NCBI GenBank assembly: GCA_013265495.1
Contig: MU058781.1
Coordinates: 6,414,522-6,478,521 of the forward strand
Origin: Vicugna vicugna
Taxonomy: Eukaryota
Reading direction: 5' to 3'
Length of the DNA stretch: 64,000 nucleotides
Shown here: one piece after another, positions 12,530 to 23,800 of the stretch
How positions within the stretch are numbered: position 1 is the stretch's first letter
How the letters are laid out: each line of letters opens with the position of its first letter
The notes under the pieces: generated by a model
Seen by the model: only the letters and a program-made list of their open reading frames with translations
Databases searched by the model: none
What the model was told of the DNA's origin: nothing
Translations under genes and position numbers: made by a program

Positions 12530-13600
12530 GCCCTGCACATGTGTGATGGACAAACTCAGCAAAAACCCTCAATTATTTGTCGTTACTGAAAATCCCTACG
12601 TTTGGCTTTTTCTTTCACAATGTTTTGAACTGCCTGAGTGAGCCAAATTCTCCCTTTCAAGTTATCAGAACTCAGCAGGTTCAGGGAAACTGCTTCTAAA
12701 TAGGGAGCTGTCTGGTTCAGGGGACTCATGGGACTTTCCAGAAGTAAGAAGCAGGTGGATCAGAATATCTCAGAGGTGGAATGAAAAGCCTTTGAAACGT
12801 GGACTGATGAGGTTACAGTGGATGTGGTTTAGAGTCTGCTCATTATGCCAGAGTTCCAGGGAGTTGGAAGAAGTGCCCAGCTGAGTCCTCAGGAAGATTT
12901 ACCTACAGAAGCAAGGCGAAAGGGAGAGTTGAAGCAGGTAGCTAGCTATTCAGCCATCCTCTGCTCCAGCCTCCACCTTCTGTTGAGTGAAGGGCCATGT
13001 GGGGAAGAGACTCATGAATGAAATTGGCCATCTTCACTAATCAGACCCACTAGAAAATTGTTCTGTTAGTGACAGGCTAAATGTTGTTTTTAGGGAAAGT
13101 TAAAAAAAAGAAAAGACCAATGCTAGTGTTCATTTTGGGATAACTACACAAATATTGTTAATGTCACCTCCAAGCTGCAACTTTAACTACAGAAGTAATT
13201 TGGTGATCCCAAATTACTGTCCCACAGCAGCTATAATTCAGTTGACTCCACAAGGCTTGTTGTCGATGAGGACCATACTTCTGTATTGTCATTGCTGGGA
13301 GAAGTGAAGTTCTTTTATTTATGTCCAAGCTGTGGAAAGTTGTATTTCATAGTCTTCTTTTTGGAAATGTGGTCCACACATTGAGAGACTGACAAAAGTC
13401 CTTCTGAACCACTGAAAATTTTGATGTATGGATAAACATTCATGCTGCTCAGAACTTCACATTCATGAGGTCACAGTGGCCTCCAGCACAGTGAGATTTG
13501 AAATCCTCTGTCTCTAAGGAATATCCAGAATTTGAGATTTCGAGCAATATAAGCCCAGCAATCAGGCTACTGGGAGAAAGAGGAGATGGTGTACTCCAAA
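12530..13600 (+). mobile_element. Putative highly decayed Ty3/Gypsy pol remnant (RNase H end plus integrase)
   Basis: Collinear motif-like peptides with stops and frameshifts: V*WTNSAKTLNYL, WLFLSQ, CSLCQ, IQP, MNEIGHL, LVFILG*LHKY, FS*LHK, LFMSKLWKVVF, YPEFEISSN. Recognised by eye only. Confidence 0.4.
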
Positions 13601-14029
13601 ATGGAAAATATAGCTTCATTTAAATATTCATAAGACTTAATTTTTAGTGTTGATGATGATGAATTTGTGATTTTAAATGTGAATGGTCTAAAAATCTTGA
13701 TTTGATTTCAAGTATTTTCTTCTCAAAGGGAAAAAAATAATTAAATGAGAAGTAATGAGAAAAGTTAGAAACAAGATTAGGGTGCTCATTTTAGTGAATA
13801 TTTTGGAAAATCTGTCGGATGTCAAAACATGTAAATGAAGTGGAATGACAAAAAAACTAGTCATTTCCTAGTTGGTTAATGCATTTAACCTTCTAGCTCA
13901 GAAAACTGTCTGATAGTGACATGGGGATGAAATTAACCTAATTCTATTGTTGCTATTTTAGGTATCTGTTTTTGAAAATGTATTAAATTAGTTATACTGG
14001 TTATACTGATTCTTATCAGAGAAGTAAGT

Positions 14030-16760
14030 TGTATCCAAGATGGCAGAGGGATAGAAACTTCCCCAAAACAGATGTGAAGCTAACAAGGAGGAGATGAAAG
14101 ATAAAATCAATGAATGTAAAAGATAAAAATTTATGACCAAGTAAAACTGAATCAGAATTTCCCCCACCCACCCATATATAAGCAAAAAGAGGGAAAGAAA
14201 TATTTTTAAAAATTCACTGATAGTAACTAGACAAAAAAGCCATGACCTGCAGCAGTGTATTTTCAGTTATTGATGGCTGAGCAGTTTTTGATTCCTAGCT
14301 CTGCTCAGTTCCCACCACCGTAAATTAAAGTCATACCTGAAAGGAAATTAAATCAAGAGAGGAAAATATGAAACAGGAAAAGAAAATCATGGGGCTCTTT
14401 CCCTCTGGAGATGTAAAAGTTTCGTGTCTGGGTCCTGAATTGGAGAACTGATCTAAAATCTGAGGGGATCACTCCATCAGAATGGTATGGGGAGCAAATC
14501 CTGGTTTAGAACTTTTAACATATTCCCAGAAGAATGAGCAACACCTAAATTCTCAAATAAGACTGGACATGTCCTCAGCTGAGCGCTCCCTTTCCTTGTC
14601 CCCTGTTTCATCAGGCCCTAGAATCATAGGGTAGAACACTCTTGCTTGACAGGGAAAATAAAAAAAATAAACTAACCTTCAGTGTGGTGGCAAAAGACTC
14701 AAGGAATCACCCGCATGACAGCTAAAAATTGTGTGTCAGAAGGGAACAGAACATGCAAAGGGAAAACATGGGCTCAGCCTATACAATGAACAGAAGCAGA
14801 TTCTTCATGATGGCTTGATAAGCGTACAACTTAGACTCTTAAGACTTAATGAATATAAATGTATTTTTTATCTTATTGATAGAACAATAAGAATGAAATG
14901 CAAAGGGAAATTGAAGTCTAACAAATCAAGACCAAAAACAATATTAATACAGAAATGAAATGTAAATTAGAAGTGTTTATGTATATGAGACCCTACTGAA
15001 AATCTGTTTACTAACAATAGAGAAAACTATTGATATAATCACAGTAAATACAGGTGACAGACAATGAAATTAAAGGCAGAGAGAGAGAATCTAAAAGATA
15101 CGAAATATCCATCAACAGATGACTGGATAAAGTAGTTGTGGTATATTTATAAAATGAAATACTACTCAGCCATAAAAAGAGTAAAATAATGCTAATTGCA
15201 GCAACATGGATGGACCTGGAGATCATCATTCTAAGTGAAGTAAGCCAGAAAGAGAAAGAAAAATACCATATGATATCACTCATATATGGAATCTAAAAAA
15301 AAAAAGAAGAAGAAAAAGAGGGCACTAATGAACTCATCTACAAAAGAAACAGACTCACAGACATAGTAAACAATCTTACAGTTACTAGGAGAAATGGGGT
15401 GGGAAGGGATTAATTTGGGAGTTTCAGATTTGCAAATGTTAACCACTATATATATAGATAAAAAACAGGTATCTTCTATATATAGTACAGGAAATTATTT
15501 TCAATATGTTGTAATAACCTTTAATGAAAAAGAATATGAAAATGTATATGTGTATATGTATATGTGTGTGTATATGTGTGTGTATATATATATATATATA
15601 CACATACACACATGACTGGGACATTATGCTGTACACCAGAAATTGACACATTGTAACTGACTATACCTCAATTCAAAATTTTTAAATAAAAATAAAAGAT
15701 ATGAAAACATTTAAACATTATACAATATGAGGATAATTAGACTCCTTGAGTAGAGATTCTAACAAATGGAACAAAAAATATTTTGAAAGATACAGTAATA
15801 TAAGAAAATTTTCCAGAAATGAAAAAAGAACCAAATCTATTCCAAGAAGTATAACACAGAATACTCAAAATCCAAACATAACTTAGTTAAGCTGTTAAAC
15901 TCCAAGGATAAAGAAATAATTCTTCAGGTGTCAAAATAGAAAAAGTCAGTTTCCTCCAAAGGGGGACAAAAGACTAAGCTGGCTTAGATTTATCCACTGC
16001 CACAGTCACTGCTGTGCTATCTGAAAATGGTGAGGGAGAGACCTAGGGATGTTGTGTCCAGCCAAGATTTTGTTAAAATATGTAGATGACAAGGAGATGT
16101 GTTTGAACCTAAAGAACTTAAGCAACTTTGAGACATTTTTGAAGAAAATACTTGATACTAGGAGTCCAACCAATAAAAGTATCAAAATAACTCAGAAATG
16201 GAGAAGTCATGGTAAAACAACTGGTGAGAACCACTGGGTATGTTTCAATGTAGAATTAATTCTAAACAGCTCTGGGAATTAATGTTACAGTAAAAATAAC
16301 TAAAAAGTATGAAAAATGTAGAAGATAGGGACCAGAGATAGAAAGAAGTGGGAAAGTACTAATGTTCTCATCTTTAGCAAGGAGTCAGTCAATATTGTAT
16401 AAAATTATATCATGTATTTTAAAGTGTAAACACATTATTATTCTAATATCTTAATAGTTTATATTTTTTAACCTTAGAATGATCATTTAGGGCATAATAA
16501 TTATTATAGTGCAAAAATTTTATTTGAAGTTTATCAGTCTTTTCTCTTTCATCTTTAATATTCAATTGTAATTAAAATTGATACTTTTTATTTTAAAAAA
16601 ACAGCACCTAGGGTATGGTTCATTTTACCAAAGTCTCTCTGCATATATATCTTAAAGGGTGGCTACATTGATGTTCATGTAATGTAATAGTGATTATTTC
16701 TAGGTCATGAGGCACTTTTTAAAAACTTTTATCTTTGTAACTTTTGGCATTTAAAAAATT
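14030..16760 (+). mobile_element. Very old L1ME/HAL1-like element (5' end and ORF1 remnant) with a nested younger L1
   Basis: Begins ccaagatggc. ORF1-like gaaaattttccagaaatg and ORF 16049 MLCPAKILLKY resemble the ORF1p C-terminal ILYPAKLSFK. Boundaries approximate. Confidence 0.6.
15106..15692 (+). mobile_element. 5'-truncated L1 (ORF2 end plus 3'UTR) nested in the older element
   Basis: ccatcaacagatgactggataaag...gcagcaacatggatggacctggagatcatcattctaagtgaagtaagccag; TSD taaaagatacgaaa (15092-15105) / taaaagatatgaaa (15693-15706). Confidence 0.9.
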
Positions 16761-16785
16761 ATCCTAACTCATTAAGCTTTGTTTT

Positions 16786-17019
16786 TTTTTGGTTTTTTTT
16801 TTTACATTTTTTTATTGATTCATAATCATTTTACAGTGTTGTGTCAAATTCCAGTGTTCAGCACAATTTTTCAGACATTCATGGACATATACACACTCAT
16901 TGTCACATTTTTTTCTCTGTGATTTATCATAACATTTTGTGTATATTTCCCTGTGCTATACAGTGTAATCTTGTTTATCTATTCTACAATTTTGAAATCC
17001 CAGTCTATCCCTTCCCACC
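16786..17019 (-). mobile_element. Young 5'-truncated L1 3' end
   Basis: Perfect 18-bp direct repeat ctcattaagctttgtttt (16768-16785 / 17020-17037) and long poly-T. Highly similar to 28756-28980. Confidence 0.92.
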
Positions 17020-17470
17020 CTCATTAAGCTTTGTTTTATGAAAAGAACTGTGTGAATCTCCTTAAAAACTAGAAAAAGATGCCAGAAATGACTAATTGTG
17101 TGAGATATAAATATTTGGAATTATTTTCTTCTTGGTATTCCTCTATAGCTTTTTCAGTTTAAAAAATTAATTAACTCATTAGTTAAGAGTGGGTAGAAGG
17201 TGAAGATAAGAGAATATGTTAGCATATGTTTGAAGACAGTCCTACCTGCTTGACTCCTTTTTTGGGGGTTGAGTCCAGGTAGCACTAAAATCTCCTCTGG
17301 ATCCATCTTACTGGACAGTTGCAGGATCCACTAGCTCTCGGTGATCATATCTTTATGGGGGGTGGCTTAAGGGACAGTTTTCTTTCCACTTGAAGGTGTG
17401 GAACAGATTGGAGCATTGAAAGAACAGGAGAAACACCCTTTGGAAAATAGTTGCACTTTGGGGCTTAAAC

Positions 17471-18048
17471 ATTTTTTAACAGCTTTGTGGAGATATAATT
17501 CACATATAACATTCACTATTTATAAAGTGTTCAATTCAGTGATCTTTAGTATATTCACCAAGTTGTGAAAACATCACCACTGTCTCTAATTCCAGAACAT
17601 TTTCATCACCCCCAAAAGAAACTCCAAACTCATTAGCAGTCGCTGCCCATTCCTCCCTCCCACCAGCCCCTGGCAACCACTAATCTACTTTCTGCCTCTG
17701 TAGATTTGCTTGTTCTGGGCATTTCATATAAATGGAATCATACAAATGTGGTCTTTTGTGATCGGCTTCATTCACTCAGCATAATGTTTTCAAGGTTCTC
17801 CCATGTTGTAGCATATATCAGCACTCCATTTCTTTTGAATGCTGAATAATATTCCATTGTATGGATATATCACATTTTGTTTATCCATTCATCAGTTGAC
17901 GGATGTTCTAGTTGTTTCTACATCCTGGCTGTTATGAATAATGCTGCTGTGCGCATATTGACAAGTTTTTGTGTGGACATGCGTTTTCATTTTTCTTAGG
18001 TATCTACCTAGAGATGGAATTGCTGGATCACATGATAACTCTCCATTT
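17471..18048 (-). mobile_element. Old L1 3' end (L1MB-like)
   Basis: ttttaacagctttgtggagatataattcac...cagcccctggcaaccactaatctactttctg...gctgaataatattccattgtatggat. Confidence 0.88.
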
Positions 18049-18092
18049 AGAAGATCAAACAATTAAGCTTCCCTCTTGTTCTTTGTTCACAG

Positions 18093-18170
18093 GCAGAAAT
18101 GGTGCATAGTGCTTTCCAGGCCCAGCGAGCTTTCCTTCTGATGGCTTCTCAGTACCAACAACCCCAAGAG
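18093..18170 (+). CDS. CAP2: CAP2 internal coding exon (probably exon 4), 78 bp, phase 0-0
   Basis: Acceptor ccctcttgttctttgttcacAG, donor GAG|GTAAGA. Translates AEMVHSAFQAQRAFLLMASQYQQPQE, recognised as CAP2 N-terminal domain, and joins in frame to the next exon. Confidence 0.97.
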
Positions 18171-18912
18171 GTAAGAGTGTATCCTAAGAGCCAGGGCTGC
18201 CTGGGGAATGGGGGGTGTGACTTAGAAAACAAGGAAGCAACAGAACCGGTTACTGTGAGAGACATCCTGAAAGTGAGACGCACAGCACTGCAGGTTGTCT
18301 CTCTAATCCAGGTCATAGTATGAAACCTTTCTTCTGTCTTCATAATCTTATTATGGCCAAATTCATACTGTAACAATTGACATCACCAGTTTAAAAGGTC
18401 AATTTATTTATGTCATCTGTATACAATTTTTTTTTTTACTGGTCTCACAACCATTTTATAATCAAGGAAGTATTTACTACTGATTTTTAGTTCATACTTT
18501 GTGCTTCTTTGTTATCCAAAACTGTTCATCTATCATCATCTGTAAGTTCTATGCATGAATTTAATTAGTTCCTATTGTAAGTAGCGCTGATAGGCTAAGT
18601 CAGCGTGCAATGAGTGAAATTCTTCATTAAAAATACTACCAGCATACCTTGTTAAATAAGAGAAAATAAGAATTGTTGTTTTGAATAAACATTCTGCATC
18701 TGAAGTTTGGTAACAACCATATCAACATAAAAGATAACTGAATATTCATTATAACACAATACCTTAGATTGAATAGCTCATTGTAAATTCTAAAACAAAC
18801 TGCTGAAGTTGAAAAAGTTGAGCAGAGAATCCTGGGAAGCTAGGATTTGACTTTCAGGGGATGAAGCTCAGCGCTGCAAAGACCCAAAACCTGGGACCTT
18901 AGACCCTGCCTG

Positions 18913-19075
18913 AAGCAGTGGCTCCCAGTCCCTCCCATGCAGTGGAAACACTTGGAAAATTTTTTAAATACCAGCACCTGTATCTCACTCCAAGAGGTTC
19001 TGGTTGAATTGGTCTGAGGAGTGGTCTTGGCCTTGAGAATTTAATGGGCTCCACAGTGATTCTAATTGGCAGCCA
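18913..19075. mobile_element. MER5-like hAT-Charlie element
   Basis: agcagtggctccca...ttttaaataccag...gaggttctggttgaattggtctg...ctccacagtgattcta. Confidence 0.6.
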
Positions 19076-19487
19076 GAGCTGCCAACCCCCACCCTGGACG
19101 GCTGGGTCACTTCCCTCCTGGGAAATGAGGAGCTCCCATATAGCCGAGGCGAGCAGCTTTGTAGGGATGGAGGTGTTCTGTGTTCCACTACGGATGCGTT
19201 TTCCCTCCTTGGCTTTCTCAATCCCTGATTTTCTTCCCTTTGCAAAAGGCAACAGTGAAACTAGGAAATCACAATGCGATACAGCCCTAGCCTGTCTTTT
19301 CTGTGATTGAGGTGGGAGAAGAGGTGGCGTCAGTGCACCACTGAGTCTCAGATGGAGGAAAGAACCATGACTTACCTGGCTGGTACCCTACTCAATCCCT
19401 TCCCTAAGCACAGAACAGAAGGCCTCCCGTGCACACTTTTTGTATTTTCTCCAACATGTCTTATACTGCTAAGACCTGACAATGAAA

Positions 19488-19489
<2 letters not shown>

Positions 19490-19523
<34 letters not shown>
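19490..19523. repeat. (GT)n microsatellite, about 17 perfect units
   Basis: Direct reading. Confidence 0.97.
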
Positions 19524-19527
<4 letters not shown>

Positions 19528-20470
19528 ATGAAATTAACATATATCAGTACACAGAGAAAAAAGTTAACCCTAACTTTCCAACTTCAGGAAAGATGATTTA
19601 TGGTCGTTGACTGGCCTGTGGATTTTCTTCTATTAAAAGGACTAGGAAGTCTGATTTTTTTGTTCTGTCAGAAGTGAGAGAGAGTGTGTTTTCTACCCTC
19701 CCTCCTTTTCAGTCTTTATTTGGGCTTATGCTTTCAAAGGAAATAGTGCCTTCCTGTGCATCTAGCAGGAGTCTAAAACTAATTCTTTGTCCTTTCATTG
19801 TTTAAACAGTGTGAGAAATTAGAAGGGAAAGGAAGATGAGAGACTCCTGTGTCCATCCCTTAGTCTAGTGACAGACATGCCTGGCACAGTGCTCTGCTCA
19901 GAGCACTTGCTCAGTAAAGCTTTTCTAGGCATGGAGCAGTAACCCAATTTGTTGATAATTTATTAATCTTAAACTAAGCAAGAAACCTAGTAGTGTTAAC
20001 CTTAGGACTCCAGCTAATTACCTAGGTGAATTGATAGATCTAGATTACAAATGAGCTTATACCCATATGCTTGAGATTTTTATAAAATATACTAATTTGA
20101 GAGGGTGGTCAACAGTAGAAACTCTGGACTTGGGCCCACCTGGATTTGAATCCCAGATCTTCTAGGCATTAGCTTTGCTAATCCAAATGGAAGAAAAGCA
20201 AATTAATCTGTGTCTCCTAAATTTGAGTCTTTTATCTTTCTCTGGGTGACTACTGGGAAGTTAACCCAGTAAAGTCCATAAGACATTCCCACAGAGCCAC
20301 TCCGACCAAATCACCTTGTCAAGTCACTGAGTTAGGGGGAGGCAGTTAAACTCTCTTAGCCCATGTTTCCTTATTTTTAAATAGGGATATTAGTTCCTAC
20401 CTTGTAGAGTTATTGTGAGGACTGAATGAGGAAAAGCATGCAAAGGTCAGTGGCCAAGTCAGAGAGTTCA

Positions 20471-20893
20471 GTATTAGTCAGGGCAGTCCAACTGCTTTAG
20501 GAAAAAGTCCCCAGTTCACAATGGCTTAGCATAGTAGACATTTTTTTTTCCTGCTCACCTAAGATCTGCTCTGGTGTTTTGTTTTTTGTTTTGCTTTTTG
20601 CTCCTGTGTTTTTGGTTGACAGTCTTCTGTATGGTCGTTCAGGGACCCAGGCTTCTTCTAGTTTGCAGCCCCTACCTCTTCTAGGTCCTCAGCCATTCTT
20701 TGAACTGGGAAAGAGAATGCAGGATCATTTCTGAGAAGGTTTTACAGGCTAGACCTGGAAGTGGCATGTGTCATGTCTCCCTTTACTAGTCTTAGGGACA
20801 CTCCTAGCTGCAAGGGAGGCTGGGAGATTTAATCAACCTTTATGTCAAGAAGGAGAAATTCACAGATTTGATGAGTATCTAGCCAATCTGCCA
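20471..20893 (-). mobile_element. Old MaLR LTR (MLT1-type)
   Basis: gtattagtcagg...tcagggacccaggcttcttc...ggctagacctggaagtggc...cctagctgcaagggaggctgggaga are typical old MLT1 motifs. Confidence 0.55.
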
Positions 20894-23800
20894 GGGTGGG
20901 TAACTTGTCTTGGCTAAAATGTGGTCTATCTCAGTGGAAATATATCATCTTTGTAAACACTCATGTGGGTTTTTCTGGGCTAATCCCCCCGGTAACCATC
21001 TAAGGAAAGACAAGAAAACTTTCAAGTCTAACGGTTGAATTTATTTCTGTTGTGCTTGGGTATATACAGAGATAGAGATACATGTGTATAGAGATCTCAA
21101 AGTTTCTTTTAATTAGAATGAGTCCGTCCTTTTTTGCCTCTGTAATGTTTTACCATAAGGTGTCAAATTATTGTCCAGTATTTTTAAATGCCAAGCAAAT
21201 TAGTCATGTGGCTTTGATCTGGGAGCGTGCCTTGGGAAATTAGGTGGTGCTAGTGGCAGTTCTGGAAATTGTAAAGGAAAAGCAAACGAATGAACGAAGC
21301 CAGACTCCCAAGTATTCCGTAAGTCCATGCCCAGAAAGTGTCACAGCATAGCTCAGTCAGGATTGCTGAATCTTTTTGAAAGATTTGGCCATCATTAGGG
21401 CTGCTAAGTTCTGTTGTTAAGGGGCATACGTCAAATAACGTGATATAGTAAAGTAATTCTGGCCCCAATGTAAAATAAAATGCCTCCTTTCAAATACTAC
21501 CTTAAAGCTTTTTGTCTTCATACAAAAATATCAAGAAAATATTCTGTTGAGTAACTGCTATTAAGTGTATGTGCTGAGCAAGTATTTTTCGTGGATTTTA
21601 AAATATGTAATTCTACATTTACCTAGAAAACAGGAAAAAGAACTACAAGAGAAATAAAAGGTAACAAGTTTTCATCTTTGGTGTCATGCTTGGTTATGTT
21701 TTCATTTAGCAGTTGTATTTCCCAGTGGTCGGGGCGGACAGAGTTTCAAAAAGAAGTAGCACTTTAGAATCTAACCAGTGACTCACTTTGTGGCCTTTTC
21801 CCAATTAACTCTATAGTCTCACCTCATAAATATGCATAAGTTTCGACTCTTATTGATGTTGCTAAGTAGGTGATTCTTTCCACAACCAACTCAAAAGCAC
21901 CCAAAGGCAATATACGCTTTTAATTTCCAAAGTGTCGGTTTAAGGCTAACGAAAATGTCTGCTCAAATACAATCTATGAAGAGCAGGTAAAAACAGATTA
22001 ACTGCTGATACCCACAGGATTGAATTATTTTGCTTTCTGAGTAGCATTTCATGCTGTAGGTAGAGAAGCAAGGCAAAAAGAAGCCTCCGCTTTTCATATG
22101 AGCCTTTCCAGGACCAGAAAATTACCTTGGTAATTATTCCCTGGCTGGCATGTGAAGGCTGGATGTAGATGCTGGTTAATGAAGAATAAAGCACCCGGGA
22201 AGGAAGGAGAGGAAGAGGGTTGTGTGATATCATCAGGGTCTGCTTGAGTTGACAGCCCGAAGCTAGCCAGTCAGGGCTGAATCCCAACAGGAAAGCTAAT
22301 CGTTGGTTTATCAGGATGCAGAGAGGAGGATAATCAGAAAGGAGAGTAATTCTGTCATTCTTCTGCCCAGACTGTTTGCTTTAGCAACATAAAGCTGTGA
22401 ATGAGCCTGTGGGCTGTGACCGAGGGTTAGTAGCTTTATAGGTATTTAGAAACCCAGGCCTATGGAGGCAGAAGGGATTTGCTAAGATCCTGTCCTGTTG
22501 GACATCACTCATGGTGACTTTTTTTTTTTTAATCTGATAAGGCACATTAGCTCATTTCTCTTTGTGTAAGACATGAATTAGATAATGAATGGCTGCCCAA
22601 AGGAAGTGAGGTGGTTATCATACACAGGGGATTTCGGGGATTATCTGAGGGGTAAAGGTTAATAAAGAAGGATAATATCCTTTGTTTCATCAACTGTTTC
22701 ATACTAACTTTGTTACCATTCCAGACTGCCTTGATGGCAAATTCTCCATAAAGGTTAGAAACTGTTGTGTATGTGGCTAGGAAATTTTTCGTACTCCATT
22801 TAGTCAAGGGTTGGGATCATGTTGTATTTTAAATAAAATAATTATCAACTATTTCTCATTCTCCAAGTTGAAGCTAAATAATACGCTTGCTAGATACTAT
22901 CAATCTGATCTTTAAAAATTGGGAGGGTTACAGGTTTTGCTCTGATGGCCTGAATCAAAAATTAATTTAAAAAGAAGTTACGGAGTCATTCAACAAAGCT
23001 TTTTAAAAGCCAAACATATTTTAGCTTTCAGATTTGCTACTTGTTCATCATTTCATCAGCCTTAACCTGAGTCCTCTTTGCAAAATGTAGCTTCTATCAT
23101 CTGTACAAAGCTGTATATGCGAAAATAGCAGACGGGGAGAAGGTAATTCCAGCTGGCATTCCAGTCTGGATCCGCTGTCATAAATTACTTAGCAGAGGGC
23201 ACGGTCCGTTACTTTTTATGGTCATGTTCTATATTTGTATGTGCTGCGGGAGGGATCACATGATGAAACCATCATTTGATATTAGTGTTTATGTGCACCC
23301 AACTAGTGAGGGCTAGATCTGAGTTTCACTGTGCAGTACTTTTAATTTGTATACTTAGCTCTTAATTGAAAATGCAGACACTTCCCTAAGTACTAAAATT
23401 ACAAATAATCCAGAGTAAATTTTACGTAATTGTTTTTGGAAGAAGACAAACTACTGTATATCCTAGCTAATTGAAATGCATTACGCCTTCCAGAGATTTT
23501 AAAACATAAATTTGGAGCATGAACACGTCAACACTGCCAGAGTAATAAAGACCCAAATTCACCACTTTACATCGTCCAGCCCCTCTCCTGAGTTGAACAA
23601 GAGAGCGTCTTACTGACAGCAGCTTCTCTTAATGAAGATACATTTCCCACACTAACCAGGAGAAGAAAACACACACGCTTCTTCCCCTCTATTTTCTACG
23701 TTGCTTCCCCCAGTGCAGCTTAAAATTTAGGTTTCTAGCAGCAAACCCCTGGAGAACGTACTTCTTTGATGATTACTTCTTTTCATAAACTAAACAGAAA

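Noticed and set aside
18099..18323. ORF beginning MVHSAF as a standalone small protein
   Set aside because: Only the first 24 residues are CAP2 exon; the remainder is read-through past the GTAAGA donor.
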